Source: Halobacteriovoraceae bacterium (lineage in GTDB: Bacteria > Bdellovibrionota > Bacteriovoracia > Bacteriovoracales > Bacteriovoracaceae). From it: a stretch of 64,000 nucleotides of DNA. A program made the translations under genes and the position numbers. Below, one piece after another: positions 1 to 8,815 of this stretch. The notes under the pieces were generated by a model. It did not search any database, was not told where the DNA came from, and saw only the letters and a program-made list of their open reading frames with translations. The DNA is taken from assembly GCA_963719505.1 (NCBI GenBank), contig CAVRCF010000005.1, positions 448,001 through 512,000 of the forward strand. The letters are read 5' to 3'. Position 1 is the first letter of the stretch. Each line of letters begins with the position of its first letter.

Positions 1-59
1 ATTTGTCATCAATAAAAAGATACTTTTTATATTCGTTAATATTTTCATAGTTTTATCCC

Positions 60-1106
60 TTATAAAAAATTCAAATTAATAGTAATCCCCTGAATATGAA
101 TCCCAGACTTCCTAATATAAATTTGCATGGTCTTCAAATCCTTCCATCCTCCCATGGCCATCACCTTAATGGGCTCTACACCTTTTGAAAGCTTAACGGT
201 TGCCCAAGAAGCTCTTAGGTCATGAAAGCGATTGAGGGGAAGATTACATTCACTAAGAAATGCTTTTAAAGTGATTGCTTGCGATCCTGTCTCCCAATCC
301 CTAAGTCTTGGTAGAATAAACTCATCAACTGATTTTTCTTTTAACTCTTGAATAAGTGTAATAAGGCTTGGTGCAATTTCAACAACCCTATCATTACCAG
401 ATTTAGTTTCCTTAAACCCATTTATCTTATTCCAAGAAAGAGTTATATAAATTAGCCTCTTTTTTAAATCGACGTTCTCCCACTTAAGAGCGTAAAGCTC
501 CCCATTTCTAAGTCCGGTGTAACAAGCCAATGTCCATACAGAAAACCACACATGATCCTGCTCCCTAGCCTTTTGAAGAAAAATCCTGATCTCTTTTTCA
601 TTAAGTACCTTCTTAATTTTTTCACTCTTCTTAAATTTTAATTTTGGACAAGGATCTTTTGGAATAATGTCATGTTCTACTGCATATCTAAATATTGCTC
701 GAAGATACTTAAGCATATTTTTTCTATGGGCCTCTGAAAACTTTCCCATATCTTCTTGAATAAAATCTCGAAGCTCTGCGGTTGAAAATTCATTGACTCT
801 TTTTTTATTCCAAAGGTGAAAGATATTAGCTTCTATGCACTGCTTGTAAGGTTGAAGAGTATTCTTAGCAATTCCGCAGTTTGCGTAGTATTCCAAAAAT
901 TTTTCTACAAGATCAGGCCACAAGGGATAAAGATTTTCATTGAACTTTTCCCCTAGTCTAATAATTAGCTCTTTGTAGACCTTTTGCGCTTCGGCCTTAG
1001 ACTGAATTCCTTGTCTTCTTAAGCTCCTTGGAATTCGAGTTATAGGGTGTCTTCTGCTATAGGTAACAATATAATATTTCTTTTCTACGTCGTATTTAAT
1101 TCCCAT
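60..1106 (-). CDS. Tyrosine recombinase / phage-type integrase
   Basis: Catalytic motifs TGLRNGEL (R), FHDLR (HxLR), MGGW and QIY (Tyr); N-terminal SAM-like core-binding region. Confidence 0.92.
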   Translation of the reverse strand: MGIKYDVEKKYYIVTYSRRHPITRIPRSLRRQGIQSKAEAQKVYKELIIRLGEKFNENLYPLWPDLVEKFLEYYANCGIAKNTLQPYKQCIEANIFHLWNKKRVNEFSTAELRDFIQEDMGKFSEAHRKNMLKYLRAIFRYAVEHDIIPKDPCPKLKFKKSEKIKKVLNEKEIRIFLQKAREQDHVWFSVWTLACYTGLRNGELYALKWENVDLKKRLIYITLSWNKINGFKETKSGNDRVVEIAPSLITLIQELKEKSVDEFILPRLRDWETGSQAITLKAFLSECNLPLNRFHDLRASWATVKLSKGVEPIKVMAMGGWKDLKTMQIYIRKSGIHIQGITINLNFL

Positions 1107-1117
1107 GGGTCATCTCC

Positions 1118-1480
1118 TTAATTTTCTAAGAACGTCATTAAAAATGCTTTCACAGTTTTTAATTTTTGATCATCAAGACGTTTAATAATGGAGATGCACT
1201 CACTTCTATTGTGCTCAGGGATTTTAAAATTCCCTTTAAGCATTCCTTCAAATTGCTCATAGCTGTATCCATAAGAATCTAGGAATTTTAAAATAAGCCC
1301 ATGACTTAGATCCATTCTTCCATTTTCAGCATGATTGACTTGAGTGCTAGAAATCCCAACAAGGTCTGCTGCCTTTCTCATAGAGAGGCTTCTGGACTCT
1401 CTAAGGTAGGCCAGTAATCTTCCCTCTGGTGTTTCGATTTTAGTGTCGCTTCTGCGAAACTTTTTCTTTTTTGGTTTCAT
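1118..1480 (-). CDS. XRE-family helix-turn-helix regulator
   Basis: LRESRSLSMRKAADLVGISSTQVNHAENGR is an HTH_3 pattern; GGAGG RBS upstream; directly upstream of the integrase. Confidence 0.88.
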   Translation of the reverse strand: MKPKKKKFRRSDTKIETPEGRLLAYLRESRSLSMRKAADLVGISSTQVNHAENGRMDLSHGLILKFLDSYGYSYEQFEGMLKGNFKIPEHNRSECISIIKRLDDQKLKTVKAFLMTFLEN

Positions 1481-1518
1481 GAAATCCTCCTTCTAAACCG
1501 GTTTGAAAAAGTGCTTTG

Positions 1519-1589
1519 GCTACACTGAGTAGTTTTTTAATTACGATTACTTAGCTATTCATTTTGAGGGTCTAACTACACTGAGTAGT
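1519..1589. promoter_or_regulatory. Two copies of palindromic CTAC-ACTGA-GTAG(T) (candidate XRE operators); related ACTAC-GTGA-GTAGT at 1811-1824
   Basis: gctacactgagtagt at 1519-1533 and actacactgagtagt at 1575-1589, just upstream of the XRE gene. Confidence 0.5.
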
Positions 1590-1965
1590 CTTTTTCATTT
1601 GTAGCTGAAATCAAAAATAGCTACAAATAGCCACATCGGGACAGTTTCGGACTGTTCAAAACAGGTCGAGCTCCCGCAAAATAGCGTAAGCTACCGTAAT
1701 TAAGTAGTTGATTTTAATAAAGATTTAAGAAAAAGGAGGTCCACCATCCCCTGCGGATGGTGGAAACTATTAGAATTGAACCGCCAGCTATACAGTTTCA
1801 CAAAAACAGAACTACGTGAGTAGTTTGAATCAAAACATATAACCAAGTTTAGACTCGAGAAAGAGAGCTTGATTTACATCTAGGCCACAATGCAGTATAA
1901 ATTATTATGGAAAAAATAGAGAAACATGATGTTTGTTACAACCAAATGGACTAATTTTGGAGCTT

Positions 1966-2040
1966 AAAAAACCACATAAAAACAACATACAAAATAAAAA
2001 AACCACATAAAAACAACATAAAAACGATAAAAACAGATAA
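1966..2040. repeat. Degenerate A-rich tandem repeat (ATAAAAAC-type units; 24-nt block duplicated)
   Basis: aaaaaaccacataaaaacaacata at 1966-1989 and 1997-2020, followed by further ataaaaac units. Confidence 0.7.
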
Positions 2041-2131
2041 ATATAAATAAACACCGGCAACAGATACAAAGCTTCAAAGCTCAGCAATAAAGGTCGCATA
2101 GAGCATTTAAAGACTATAGGAATACAATTAT

Positions 2132-3743
2132 ATGAAAGATATACTCTCACGCTGCACATTTGCCATAATTTCCCACCCCGATGCGGGTAAGACAACTGTC
2201 ACGGAGAAACTCTTGTGGTTTGGTGGTGTTGTTCGCGAAGCTGGAAAAGTAAAGGCCAAGCACGGTGAATTTGCAAAGTCGGACTGGATGCAAATGGAGC
2301 AAGATCGAGGAATCTCAATAACTTCAACTGTTATGAGTTATCACTATAACGACCGTGCCGTTCACCTCCTGGATACTCCAGGACACAAGGATTTCTCTGA
2401 AGATACCTATAGAACTCTAACTGCAGTTGAGTCTGTCCTTATGATGATCGACAGTGCCAAAGGAGTTGAGGGCCAGACTGAAAAACTGATGGAAGTTTGT
2501 CGTTTGCGTGACACTCCTATTGTCACGTTTATGAACAAGTTTGACCGCGACTCCCTTGATCCATTTGAACTGCTGGATAATGTTGAGCAAAAACTCTCCA
2601 TTCAATGTGTTCCTATGACTTGGCCTATCGGAGACGGTGTCGACTTCAAAGGTGTTTACGATTTCAAAACTAAAATGATTCGCTCATTTGGAAATAAAAG
2701 AGATCCCTTTAACCCAACTATTGTTGATGCGAGTGATTTAGATTGTGCTGATCTTCTAAAATTCTTAGGACCAGTTCTTACAGATAAACTCAAAGAAGAT
2801 TTACAAATGGCCAATGAGCTTATTCGAGCCTTTTAACGAGGAACTCTACCTCTCAGGTATTCAAACTCCGGTTTTTTTTGGATCGGCTCTCTTTAACTTT
2901 GGTGTCAAAGAAGTGCTCGATATGATCACAAATCATGCACCAACTCCCAGACAAAGAGTGGTTAGACTCAAGCCCTATGACCATGACGCTGAAACGCAAG
3001 TTATTAAACCAGATCATAAAAATTTCTCCGGCTTTATTTTTAAAATTCAGGCCAATATGGATAAAAATCACAGAGACCGAATTGCTTTTATGCGAGTATG
3101 TTCTGGTATCTTTAAGAGAAACACAAAGATTCATCACGTCAGAACTGAAAAAGAAATTAAAATACCAAGCCCTCAAATATTTCAAGCCCGAGACAGAGAA
3201 CTTGTTGAAGAGGCTTACCCTGGTGATATCATCGGTATCCACGACACTGGAAAATTCCAAATTGGTGACACTTTTACAGAGGGAGAGAAGTTTCAATACA
3301 CAGGAATCCCCTCTTTCGCTCCTGAGCTTTTCAGAAGTGTTGCTCTAAAAGATCCACTTAAGGCCAAGCACCTTGATAAGGGACTAAGACAATTAAGTGA
3401 AGAAGGTGCCACTCAACTTTTTATTCGTCCCTCTACTGGTGCGAAGATGCTTGGGGCCGTTGGTATCCTTCAATTTGAGGTCGTAAAGTTTAGGTTGGAA
3501 GATGAATACAATGTGAAAGCCGACTACGAGGGAACTCCCTTTTCAGGTGTTAGGTGGCTTCGTTTTGATAATGCAAAAGCTCAAGACGATTTCGAGTCGA
3601 ATTATTCTGGAAATATTCTTTTGGATGGTAAAGATAGAATTTGCTACGGTGTAAAGTCAGACTGGGACTTAAAGCTCGCTATGGAGAAAAGTCCCAAAGT
3701 TAAGTTTTATAAAAACTCAGACTATATTGAAAATCATCACTAA
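2132..3743 (+). CDS. prfC: Peptide chain release factor 3, split into two frames at ~2831-2837 (+1 frameshift, mutation or sequencing indel)
   Basis: [43 protein letters not shown] in ORF1; [34 protein letters not shown] in ORF2. Confidence 0.93.
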
Positions 3744-3752
3744 AAAAACTCT

Positions 3753-4760
3753 TTAAACTTTCCACGTCTCCCCAGACATAAGAAGATCTTTAACCGAGCC
3801 CGCACCTTTTGAAGACTTTTGCTCTTGGAGCTGGTCGTGAAAAACTTCGTCGTAGGTTGGCGTTGAGTTACTTGATTTAATGACTCCAAGAGGAACTGGC
3901 GCATCTGCTCTACTCAGACTTGTCAGCATTTGAATCAGACCATCATTGGTTGGATCGTGCTTAACGAGCTTGTCCTCAGAGTATCCATCAGCCAGATTAA
4001 CGGTTTTTAAAGCGAAGTCTTCAAAGATTAAACCCTTATCATTATCCTTGCCATAAATCATGGGCTTGCCAGCTTCAAGACGAAGAGAATAATCATCTCT
4101 TGTCGCTCGGTTGGTGTATTTGTCGTGAACCTTATCGTTGAAGATAACGCAGTTTTGATAGACTTCAATAACAGAAGTTCCCTCATGGGCCTGTGCCTCT
4201 TTGAAAACTTCAATCATATGCTTAGGATCAGTATCAATCGTTCGAGCATAAAAAGTTGAACCACACCCAAGAGCAAATTTAGCTGGTGAAAAAGCGCGAT
4301 CAAGGGATCCGTAGGGTGTTGATTTCGTTTTTAATCCAGGAGCTGACGTGGGTGAATATTGACCTTTAGTAAGTCCATAGATCTCATTATTAAAAAGGAT
4401 GATATTCACATTAACATTTCTTCTAATGATATGGGCGAGATGATTTCCACCGATACTTAGACCGTCACCGTCCCCTGTAATGACCCAAACTGAAAGGTCT
4501 GGATTATGCAGTTTTAATCCTGTGGCAAATCCAGGAGCTCTTCCGTGAATTGAATGCATCCCATAGGTTCCCATATAATAAGGAAAACGAGATGAACAAC
4601 CAATACCTGAAATAACTGCAACGTTATGAGGCTCAACACCAATTTGGGCCATCGCCATTTGCGTTGCCGATAAAATGGCATAGTCACCACAACCGGGACA
4701 CCACTTAACGGCTTGGCTATTTGTAAAATCTTTTTTTGTTAATTTAACTTTTTCAGTCAT
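3753..4760 (-). CDS. korB: 2-oxoacid:ferredoxin oxidoreductase beta subunit
   Basis: WCPGCGD, SGIGCSSR, HGRA, GDGD TPP motif, NNEIYGLTKGQYSPT. Confidence 0.93.
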   Translation of the reverse strand: MTEKVKLTKKDFTNSQAVKWCPGCGDYAILSATQMAMAQIGVEPHNVAVISGIGCSSRFPYYMGTYGMHSIHGRAPGFATGLKLHNPDLSVWVITGDGDGLSIGGNHLAHIIRRNVNVNIILFNNEIYGLTKGQYSPTSAPGLKTKSTPYGSLDRAFSPAKFALGCGSTFYARTIDTDPKHMIEVFKEAQAHEGTSVIEVYQNCVIFNDKVHDKYTNRATRDDYSLRLEAGKPMIYGKDNDKGLIFEDFALKTVNLADGYSEDKLVKHDPTNDGLIQMLTSLSRADAPVPLGVIKSSNSTPTYDEVFHDQLQEQKSSKGAGSVKDLLMSGETWKV

Positions 4761-4762
4761 AT

Positions 4763-6613
4763 CTAACCTTTAACCTTTTTAAGAGCCTCAAGCTTGCTGT
4801 CCATCATGCCAACAAGTTCTCTGATCATAAAAGGTTTACCTTGCATTTTATTATACCCTGAAGCCGAGCAATTAAAATTTTTATTAAGAAGGTCTTTCAT
4901 TTGTCCGCCGTTGAGTTCACACACGACAATTTTTTTAAAACCTTTAAGAATCGACTCCACATTTGTAGGCATTGGACTTATGTACTTAATATGCATAAGA
5001 CTCACGCTCTCGCCTTTCTCTCTCATTTGACTAACGGCTTGGTAAGTTGCTCCGTAGGTTCCTCCCCACGAGACAATTAACAGATCCCCCGTCTCTTTAC
5101 CAAACACAACTTGCTTGGGAATATTATGGGCCACAAGATCAACTTTCTTTTGCCTAATCGCAATCATATTCTCATGATTTTCTGGATCGTATGAGACATT
5201 TCCAGTCTCTTCTTCTTTCTCAAGTCCACCCACTCTGTGCATAAGGTTTTCCATTCCTGGAATTGCCCATGTTCTCACAAGATTCTCATCTCGCTTGTAA
5301 GGAAGGTACGTTTCTTTATTTTCATAGTCTTTTGGATTGACCATTTTAGTTTTGATTTCTTTAAAAGTTGAAAGATCTGGAATCTTCCAAGGCTCACTAC
5401 CATTGGCGATATAACCGTCACTTAACAACACGGCCGGAGTCATATGCTCAAGACTTAATCTCGCGGCTTCATAAGCCATCGTAAAACAGTCACTTGGGTG
5501 AGCAGGAGCAACAACAATCATCGGACTCTCTCCGTTTCTTCCGTAGAGGGCCATATTGAGATCAGACTGCTCAGTCTTTGTCGGCAACCCAGTTGAAGGT
5601 CCACCCCTTTGCACATCAATCACAACGAGAGGAAGCTCAAGCATCATGGCCAAATTCATAGCTTCACTTTTTAAAGCTATTCCAGGTCCACTTGATGTTG
5701 TTATCGCTAGTGCACCACCAAAGCTCGCTCCGATACTTGAGCAGACAGCCGCAATTTCATCTTCGGCTTGAAAGGTTTTAACACCGTGATTTTTGTGTTT
5801 ACTCAACTCATGCAAAATATCTGAAGCCGGAGTGATAGGATAAGAACCTAAATAGAGTTCAAGTCCGGCTTTTTCCGCCGCTAACATAAAACCCCATGAA
5901 AGGGCTGTATTCCCATTGATCTGCCTATATGTTCCAGGCTCTATTGATGCAGGTTTTACTTGAAAACGATCACCGATGGCCTCAATAGTTTCGGCAAAGT
6001 GAAAACCAGCTTGAAGTGCCGTAATATTGGCTTCGATGAGTACATCTTTATTTTTAAATTTTTCTTTAATCCATTTTTTTGTCGGCTCAAGATCACGAGC
6101 ATACATAAAGAAAGTCATACCAAGAGCGTAAAAGTTTTTACATCGCTCTTTGCTTTTAGCATCGAGCTCAGACTCTTTTAAAGCTTCTTTGGTTTGGCTA
6201 GAGATGTGAGCGCGAATAACTTGATACTGCTCGTACTGAGGAGTATCGAGAGGGTTTGATTCAAATTCAGCTTTTTTAAAGTTTAAATCAGTAAAGGCAT
6301 CGATATTAACAATTAATGTTCCACCTAAACGAAGATCAGCGATATTGGCCTTTAAAGCGGCTGGATTCATGGCCACTAAAACATCTGGCTCATCACCTGG
6401 AGTATTAATTTCAACTGATCCAATATTGACCTGAAAGCCCGAAACTCCTGCAACAGTTCCTTGTGGGGCCCGTATCTCGGCTGGAAAATCTGGAAAAGTG
6501 GCAATATCATTTCCCATAAGAGCTGAGGTATTTGAAAACTGAGTTCCCGTCAGCTGCATCCCATCTCCTGAGTCTCCAGAGAATCTTACAACGACACTTT
6601 CTATCTGCTTCAT
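4763..6613 (-). CDS. korA: 2-oxoacid:acceptor oxidoreductase alpha subunit (gamma-alpha fusion)
   Basis: GDSGDGMQLTG, YPITPAS, QAEDEIAA, TTSSGPG, QRGGPSTGLPTK. Confidence 0.93.
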   Translation of the reverse strand: MKQIESVVVRFSGDSGDGMQLTGTQFSNTSALMGNDIATFPDFPAEIRAPQGTVAGVSGFQVNIGSVEINTPGDEPDVLVAMNPAALKANIADLRLGGTLIVNIDAFTDLNFKKAEFESNPLDTPQYEQYQVIRAHISSQTKEALKESELDAKSKERCKNFYALGMTFFMYARDLEPTKKWIKEKFKNKDVLIEANITALQAGFHFAETIEAIGDRFQVKPASIEPGTYRQINGNTALSWGFMLAAEKAGLELYLGSYPITPASDILHELSKHKNHGVKTFQAEDEIAAVCSSIGASFGGALAITTSSGPGIALKSEAMNLAMMLELPLVVIDVQRGGPSTGLPTKTEQSDLNMALYGRNGESPMIVVAPAHPSDCFTMAYEAARLSLEHMTPAVLLSDGYIANGSEPWKIPDLSTFKEIKTKMVNPKDYENKETYLPYKRDENLVRTWAIPGMENLMHRVGGLEKEEETGNVSYDPENHENMIAIRQKKVDLVAHNIPKQVVFGKETGDLLIVSWGGTYGATYQAVSQMREKGESVSLMHIKYISPMPTNVESILKGFKKIVVCELNGGQMKDLLNKNFNCSASGYNKMQGKPFMIRELVGMMDSKLEALKKVKG

Positions 6614-6729
6614 AGCAATTCCTATTTTCTTTAAATTACATATCCTTAGAGTATGGAATATAGGAAATTTTTAAGGGATTGTCTGTAGTAAATAGGGTCT
6701 GAGAGGGAAATTTGATGAGATATCCAAGC

Positions 6730-7050
6730 TTAATCTTGCTCGCGGGTAAACTTTCGGGAATATTCTAACTTTTGAAGCTGTCTCGAAATGATGAGTCTGG
6801 CCAGTTCATCTGAGACTCGGCCAATTTCACCCAAATCAAAGGCTTTTGAACTCATCGCATCATCAACATCAATTCGATACAAAACTTGCATTAATTTATC
6901 AATATCAGTTCTAATAAAAAATTTTATCCTCTCAGATAGCTTTAACTGAAGATGATTTAAAAAGGCACTTTCCGTATCCAGCTGCCCATCTTTAAGATCC
7001 ACAGAGAAATTACTTTCTATAATTCTTAAAAGCTCACTATTGATCGTCAC
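6730..7050 (-). CDS. Conserved hypothetical protein
   Basis: 106-aa ORF overlapping the upstream gene end; LMQVLYRIDV motif of a small helical family. Confidence 0.7.
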   Translation of the reverse strand: MTINSELLRIIESNFSVDLKDGQLDTESAFLNHLQLKLSERIKFFIRTDIDKLMQVLYRIDVDDAMSSKAFDLGEIGRVSDELARLIISRQLQKLEYSRKFTREQD

Positions 7051-8788
7051 TATCTTCCTCGCTGGACTTAATACTGGCTTGAGGGGCCATGTGCACAGTC
7101 ATCTGGCTAAAAGGAATAATATAGTCGTTGGCATTACAAACTTCCACAAAGGCTGCTTGAATTTTTCTCTCTAAAATCATTTTCTTTGGTGCGAGCGAAC
7201 CTGCACAAATCACAAAGAACCTAATGTCTAGCGAACTTGCGCCGGTGTTTTTAAAGTCAACTTGAACTTCGTACACTCCGCCTTCGTAATCATCTTTTAG
7301 ATAATCTTTCAAAGATCCAATTATAGATTCTCGAATATTGGGAATAACTTCACTGAGAACTATACTTTGGTGAGAGTAATCGACCCCTATAACCTGTTCG
7401 ATACCAAATCCATTTGAGATATTAACGGGATCGGATTTTAAAAACTCATCTGTTTTAATAAACTTTACAGCCCCGCCAATAAGCTTTATTAGAATTTGTT
7501 CAGGAGACTGAAAAGTAATTTTTCCAAAATGACCATCTCTTAAAATCACCCAATCATTTGTCTTTGTTGGAAACCAAGGCTCATTAGCTTGAATAGGACG
7601 TGAATGGGAACTCAAAAGCTCTTTTGAACTAATTCTAAGTGTTCCACCTGTTAAAAGTGGATTTTCTAATCGACAGTAGTAGCCAAGAGTTTTTACTCTC
7701 CAAGGAACTTCTTCAAAAATAACAATTTCGTTTTCTCGAATGGCCCCAAGATTTAAGACGATCTTACTTTGCTCAAAAAAGATCGGGAAATATTCTTTAG
7801 AACTCCAAACGAGGGCCCCTAAAGTGAAAAGAATAAAGGTCACAAGGACCCAGTCATTCATAATGTAGAGAATAATAAGAGCAACAAAAAGGGCGAGAAA
7901 AAAGCTTGAGACTGAGTAAATGACTTTAACCGGTCTTACAAACCAAAAGCTCTGCTCATTGGTGCCATAGAACTTGATAAGTCTTTGCACAAAAAAGGAG
8001 ATGACTTTATTTTTTACTCTTCCCAAAAGCCAAATAATAAGAATAAAAGCTGTAATGGATAACAGAAGGTTTTTTCCCTTTGTCTTTAAGAAATCAAAAA
8101 TAACTTGGGAGAAAACCCCTACGAAAGATCCCTTATTCTTTTCAAGCTTTATAAGCTGAAACTGGGCATCTTCGAGTTTTATCTTATAGTCTTTTTCTAA
8201 AGCCTCAAGCTTGGCCAAACTCTTTTTGAGGACCCTTGCAAATCTTTTGTATTCAGAGTCAGATCTAAAATCTTTTATTTTTTCGATCGCTAGCTCAACA
8301 TTACTGAGTTCATCTTTAAAAATGGTAATATTCTCTTCCAGCATCTGGATTTGACGGGGTCTTTCAGAAATACTTTTAATTCCCGAAAGTGCCGGTCTTA
8401 AAATATCGGAGAGGTTTTCAGAAAAAGACTTCTCTTCAGTCACACCATCTTTTGAGTGAAAAATCGAAAGTCCGGTAAGTGTTTCAATAAAGAGAATTCG
8501 TTTTGCGTTATACTCTTTAAAGAGTTTAGAGTTCTCTGATTCAAGCTTTAATTTTAAAACCATATCCGCTTCGGTCATGATTTTCTTTTTGTTCATATAG
8601 ATTTGAGACTCTATTTGAACAATTTCTTTACGCATTCTTTTAAGACGATCGAGCTTTATCTGCTCAAAGGAGTCCTCCCCAATCTCTTCAACTTCAGTCT
8701 TTATCTCTGAAACTTCTTTTTCTTGAGTAAAAGCGCGTGGCGTTAAACCAAACAGTAATATAAGTAAAACTAAATATCTATTTAACAT
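7037..8788 (-). CDS. MscS-like mechanosensitive channel family protein with periplasmic coiled coil
   Basis: Signal peptide (probable start MLNRY at 8788), coiled coil, 3 TM segments, C-terminal IGVDY...ASSLD...IPFSQMTVH. Confidence 0.75.
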   Translation of the reverse strand: MLNRYLVLLILLFGLTPRAFTQEKEVSEIKTEVEEIGEDSFEQIKLDRLKRMRKEIVQIESQIYMNKKKIMTEADMVLKLKLESENSKLFKEYNAKRILFIETLTGLSIFHSKDGVTEEKSFSENLSDILRPALSGIKSISERPRQIQMLEENITIFKDELSNVELAIEKIKDFRSDSEYKRFARVLKKSLAKLEALEKDYKIKLEDAQFQLIKLEKNKGSFVGVFSQVIFDFLKTKGKNLLLSITAFILIIWLLGRVKNKVISFFVQRLIKFYGTNEQSFWFVRPVKVIYSVSSFFLALFVALIILYIMNDWVLVTFILFTLGALVWSSKEYFPIFFEQSKIVLNLGAIRENEIVIFEEVPWRVKTLGYYCRLENPLLTGGTLRISSKELLSSHSRPIQANEPWFPTKTNDWVILRDGHFGKITFQSPEQILIKLIGGAVKFIKTDEFLKSDPVNISNGFGIEQVIGVDYSHQSIVLSEVIPNIRESIIGSLKDYLKDDYEGGVYEVQVDFKNTGASSLDIRFFVICAGSLAPKKMILERKIQAAFVEVCNANDYIIPFSQMTVHMAPQASIKSSEEDSDDQ

Positions 8789-8815
8789 ACTAATATTATA
8801 CATTAGTATGTAGCC

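Larger units (their letters stand above)
1..1830. mobile_element. Right edge of an integrative element/prophage remnant (integrase + XRE + att-like region)
   Basis: Integrase-XRE pair followed by non-coding DNA with direct and inverted repeats; the boundary is approximate. Confidence 0.55.

Noticed and set aside
60-1480. Complete prophage or defence island
   Set aside because: Only the integrase and XRE are visible; no structural or defence genes within the window
1758-1860. Intact tRNA gene
   Set aside because: Only a 3'-like fragment; T-stem strands do not pair, and D and anticodon arms are absent
1966-2040. Possible CRISPR array
   Set aside because: Units are short and adjacent with no unique spacers; no cas genes in the window
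1905-2195. 96-aa minus-strand ORF
   Set aside because: Translation of a low-complexity T-rich strand; overlaps the prfC start; no family features
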